7,455 nt of DNA from NCBI GenBank assembly GCA_035289105.1, contig DATDYF010000050.1:1-7455 (forward strand), in the 5' to 3' direction. This document shows, one piece after another, positions 5,959-7,455 of this stretch (the first letter of the stretch is position 1; each line of letters starts with the position of its first letter). This DNA comes from Candidatus Nanoarchaeia archaeon. Its GTDB lineage: Archaea; Nanobdellota; Nanobdellia; Woesearchaeales; JACQSR01. Made by a program: the position numbers and the translations under genes. A model generated the notes under the pieces. It made no database searches and had not been told where the DNA came from. It worked only from the letters and a program-made list of their open reading frames with translations.

Positions 5959-5973
5959 AAAGGGTAAAGATTT
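5959..5973 (+). repeat. Right copy of the direct repeat, AAAGGGTAA-AGATTT. It runs into the EamA TATA box.
   Basis: It matches 5692-5708. The two copies sit exactly at the borders of the only long spacer in the window. Confidence 0.7.
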
Positions 5974-5977
5974 ATAA
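5971..5977 (+). promoter_or_regulatory. TATA box TTTATAA for the EamA permease gene
   Basis: Its centre lies 27 nt upstream of ATG 6001. Confidence 0.5.
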
Positions 5978-6000
5978 TCCCCTAATCTAAAAATCAGCCT

Positions 6001-6840
6001 ATGAAAGGAACCCTTTTGGTTTTCATCGCCGCAATCTTCTCAGGAGCAATAGGCCCAGTAGTAAAGCTGATTGGTGGAAATGTTGACCCTTTGGCAGTCA
6101 CCTTTTACAGGGTCCTTATTGCTTTCCTCTTCCTTCTTGCGCTTTATCCTTTCTACCGCGACAATGTTTTCCGCCTTAACAGGCACCAGCTATTTGACAA
6201 ATTCATAATCGGCCTTTTCATGGCAATAGGCTTCGGGTCATGGGTAACTGCATTCAATTATGCACCCGTCTCAAATGTTGTTCTTTTGGGCACTACCCAG
6301 GCAATCTTTGCGGCAATCTTCGGCTACCTTTTCCTTAAGGAAAAGATAAATCTTGCAGAAATTGTTTCCTTCATAATCGCAATCATCGGCTTTATAGTTA
6401 TGAACCCTTTTGACTCCAATTTCAAGCTTGGCAGCGTGCTCTCAATAATAAGCTCAATCTCCTTCGGCTTCCTAATTGCATACATGAAAAAGCGGGGCAA
6501 AACCCATTCATACAGGCTTCTTCTGTGGTCGTTCTTCTTTGCGACAATTTTGCTCTCCCCATTCATTGAAACAAAAAATGTAATCAGCTATCTTCCCCAT
6601 ATATTGTTTCTTGCAATCTTCTCCACCGCATTAACATTCCTTCTGCTGGTCTACGGCCTTAAATACACCAAGGTCGAAGTTTCCTCGCTGATACTTTTGA
6701 TAGTTATACCATTGGCGGCAATTCTTCTCAGCACAGCCTTTCTCGGCGAAAAGCTCGTTCCAAATGTAGCTATTGGCGGGTTGCTCCTCATAGGCGCAGG
6801 CATAGTTCTTCTTGAAGGGAAAGCTTTGCATCTGGCGTAA
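6001..6840 (+). CDS. EamA/DMT-superfamily permease (about 10 TM segments)
   Basis: 279 aa and strongly hydrophobic. It looks like two repeated 5-TM halves with G/A/I/L/F-rich helices (MKGTLLVFIAAIFSGAIGPVVKLIG..., ...IGGLLLIGAGIVLLE), as in EamA-domain transporters. ATG lies 27 nt downstream of the centre of the TTTATAA box (5971-5977). Confidence 0.8.
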   Translation: MKGTLLVFIAAIFSGAIGPVVKLIGGNVDPLAVTFYRVLIAFLFLLALYPFYRDNVFRLNRHQLFDKFIIGLFMAIGFGSWVTAFNYAPVSNVVLLGTTQAIFAAIFGYLFLKEKINLAEIVSFIIAIIGFIVMNPFDSNFKLGSVLSIISSISFGFLIAYMKKRGKTHSYRLLLWSFFFATILLSPFIETKNVISYLPHILFLAIFSTALTFLLLVYGLKYTKVEVSSLILLIVIPLAAILLSTAFLGEKLVPNVAIGGLLLIGAGIVLLEGKALHLA

Positions 6841-6862
6841 GAAAGCCGCATTTAGGAAAGGC

Positions 6863-6869
6863 ATAAAAA
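6863..6869 (+). promoter_or_regulatory. TATA-like box ATAAAAA for the methyltransferase gene
   Basis: Its centre lies 26 nt upstream of ATG 6892. Confidence 0.35.
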
Positions 6870-6891
6870 GCCGTAAAAATTTCTAACCATC

Positions 6892-7455
6892 ATGGCAGGC
6901 AAAACGAAACTCCATTGGGAAAATGTTTACGAAAATAAAACATTTGAACAGTCAAGCTGGTATCAAAGAGAGCCAGAAACATCCCTAAATATGATTCTCT
7001 CGGCTAATGCAGCAAAAAACGCACCAGTCATTGATGTTGGTGGTGGAGAGTCTTACCTTGCAGAAAGGCTGCTTGGTCTTGGCTTCAACGATATAACCGT
7101 TCTCGACATATCTTCCAGGGCAATTGAGAGGGGCAAAAAAAGGATTGGCAAAAGGGCGCGTAAAATAAACTGGATGGTAAGCAATATCCTTGACTTTGGC
7201 GCATCAAAGAGATTTGATGTCTGGCACGACAGGGCAACGTTCCACTTTCTTACAACACAAGAAGAAACAAACAAATATGCAAAAATCGCATCAAAGCTGA
7301 TAAAGCCAAATGGCCACCTAATCATTGGAATTTTCTCTTCAACAGGGCCTAAGAAGTGTAGCGGCTTGGATGTAATCCGATATTCCAAAAACTCAATGAA
7401 AAAGGTCTTTGCAAATAATTTCCAGCTAATAAACAGCCTCGAAACAATCCATACA
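6892..7455 (+). CDS. Class I SAM-dependent methyltransferase. The 3' end is cut by the window edge. Not present in the supplied ORF track.
   Basis: My hand translation from ATG 6892 gives 188 codons with no stop, up to the window end: MAGKTKLHWENVYENKTFEQSSWYQREPETSLNMILSANAAKNAPVIDVGGGESYLAERLLGLGFNDITVLDISSRAIERGKKRIG...WHDRATFHFLTTQEETNKYAKIASKLIKPNGHLIIGIFS... SAM-binding motif I is VIDVGGGES, motif II is VLDIS, and the post-motif WHDRATFHFL is present. The 7053-7388 minus-strand ORF is its antisense shadow. Confidence 0.85.
   Translation, partial: MAGKTKLHWENVYENKTFEQSSWYQREPETSLNMILSANAAKNAPVIDVGGGESYLAERLLGLGFNDITVLDISSRAIERGKKRIGKRARKINWMVSNILDFGASKRFDVWHDRATFHFLTTQEETNKYAKIASKLIKPNGHLIIGIFSSTGPKKCSGLDVIRYSKNSMKKVFANNFQLINSLETIHT

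Noticed and set aside
5707-5967. An 86-aa ORF in the same frame as topA. It starts right after the TAA TAA stop and ends in the same K-G-TAA, so it could be a gene or a read-through extension.
   Set aside because: It has a TTG start with no promoter. The translation is Cys/Trp/Leu-rich (…CKCLYLQ…DCMWLCLLWRIG…), unlike the Lys/Glu/Ile-rich proteins here. A tandem stop argues against read-through. The shared K-G-stop ending is explained by the flanking direct repeat.
7053-7388. A 111-aa minus-strand ORF listed in the track.
   Set aside because: It is antisense to the plus-strand methyltransferase ORF (6892 to the window end), which carries clear SAM-binding motifs. The minus-strand translation has no recognisable features.
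1-7455. Defence systems, CRISPR arrays, toxin-antitoxin pairs, transposases/integrases and prophage genes.
   Set aside because: None seen. There are no spaced direct-repeat arrays, no nuclease/ATPase/RT-like ORFs and no recombinase genes. All large ORFs are accounted for by housekeeping functions.

Overview
This window looks like a compact housekeeping stretch of an archaeal genome (possibly DPANN- or euryarchaeal-like), of moderate GC by eye. The archaeal call rests on three points. No start codon has a Shine-Dalgarno motif. An A/T-rich TATA-like box is centred about 24-28 nt upstream of almost every start codon, which fits leaderless mRNAs. The gene content also fits: a TrmB-type regulator, NadX aspartate dehydrogenase, and a type IA topoisomerase with an 'EKP' Toprim N-terminus. 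I call eight CDSs: nadC (5'-truncated), a signal-peptide beta-barrel-like protein (minus strand), a TrmB-family regulator, nadX, a 121-aa CxxC...CxxxC protein, topA with three C-terminal zinc ribbons, an EamA/DMT permease, and a class I SAM methyltransferase. The methyltransferase runs off the 3' edge and is absent from the supplied ORF track. I found no tRNA, rRNA, CRISPR array, transposase or recognisable defence or toxin genes. Two things deserve a second look. (1) The 300-nt topA-EamA spacer is the only long non-coding stretch. It is bracketed by a 15-of-17-nt direct repeat that duplicates the topA-stop/next-promoter junction, so it looks like a ~267-nt insertion or an uncharacterised RNA locus. 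(2) The beta-barrel protein resembles a bacterial outer-membrane protein but sits in an archaeal-type context. It is paired divergently with the TrmB regulator, and the pair splits nadC from nadX. All family assignments come from motifs read by eye. No database search was possible.
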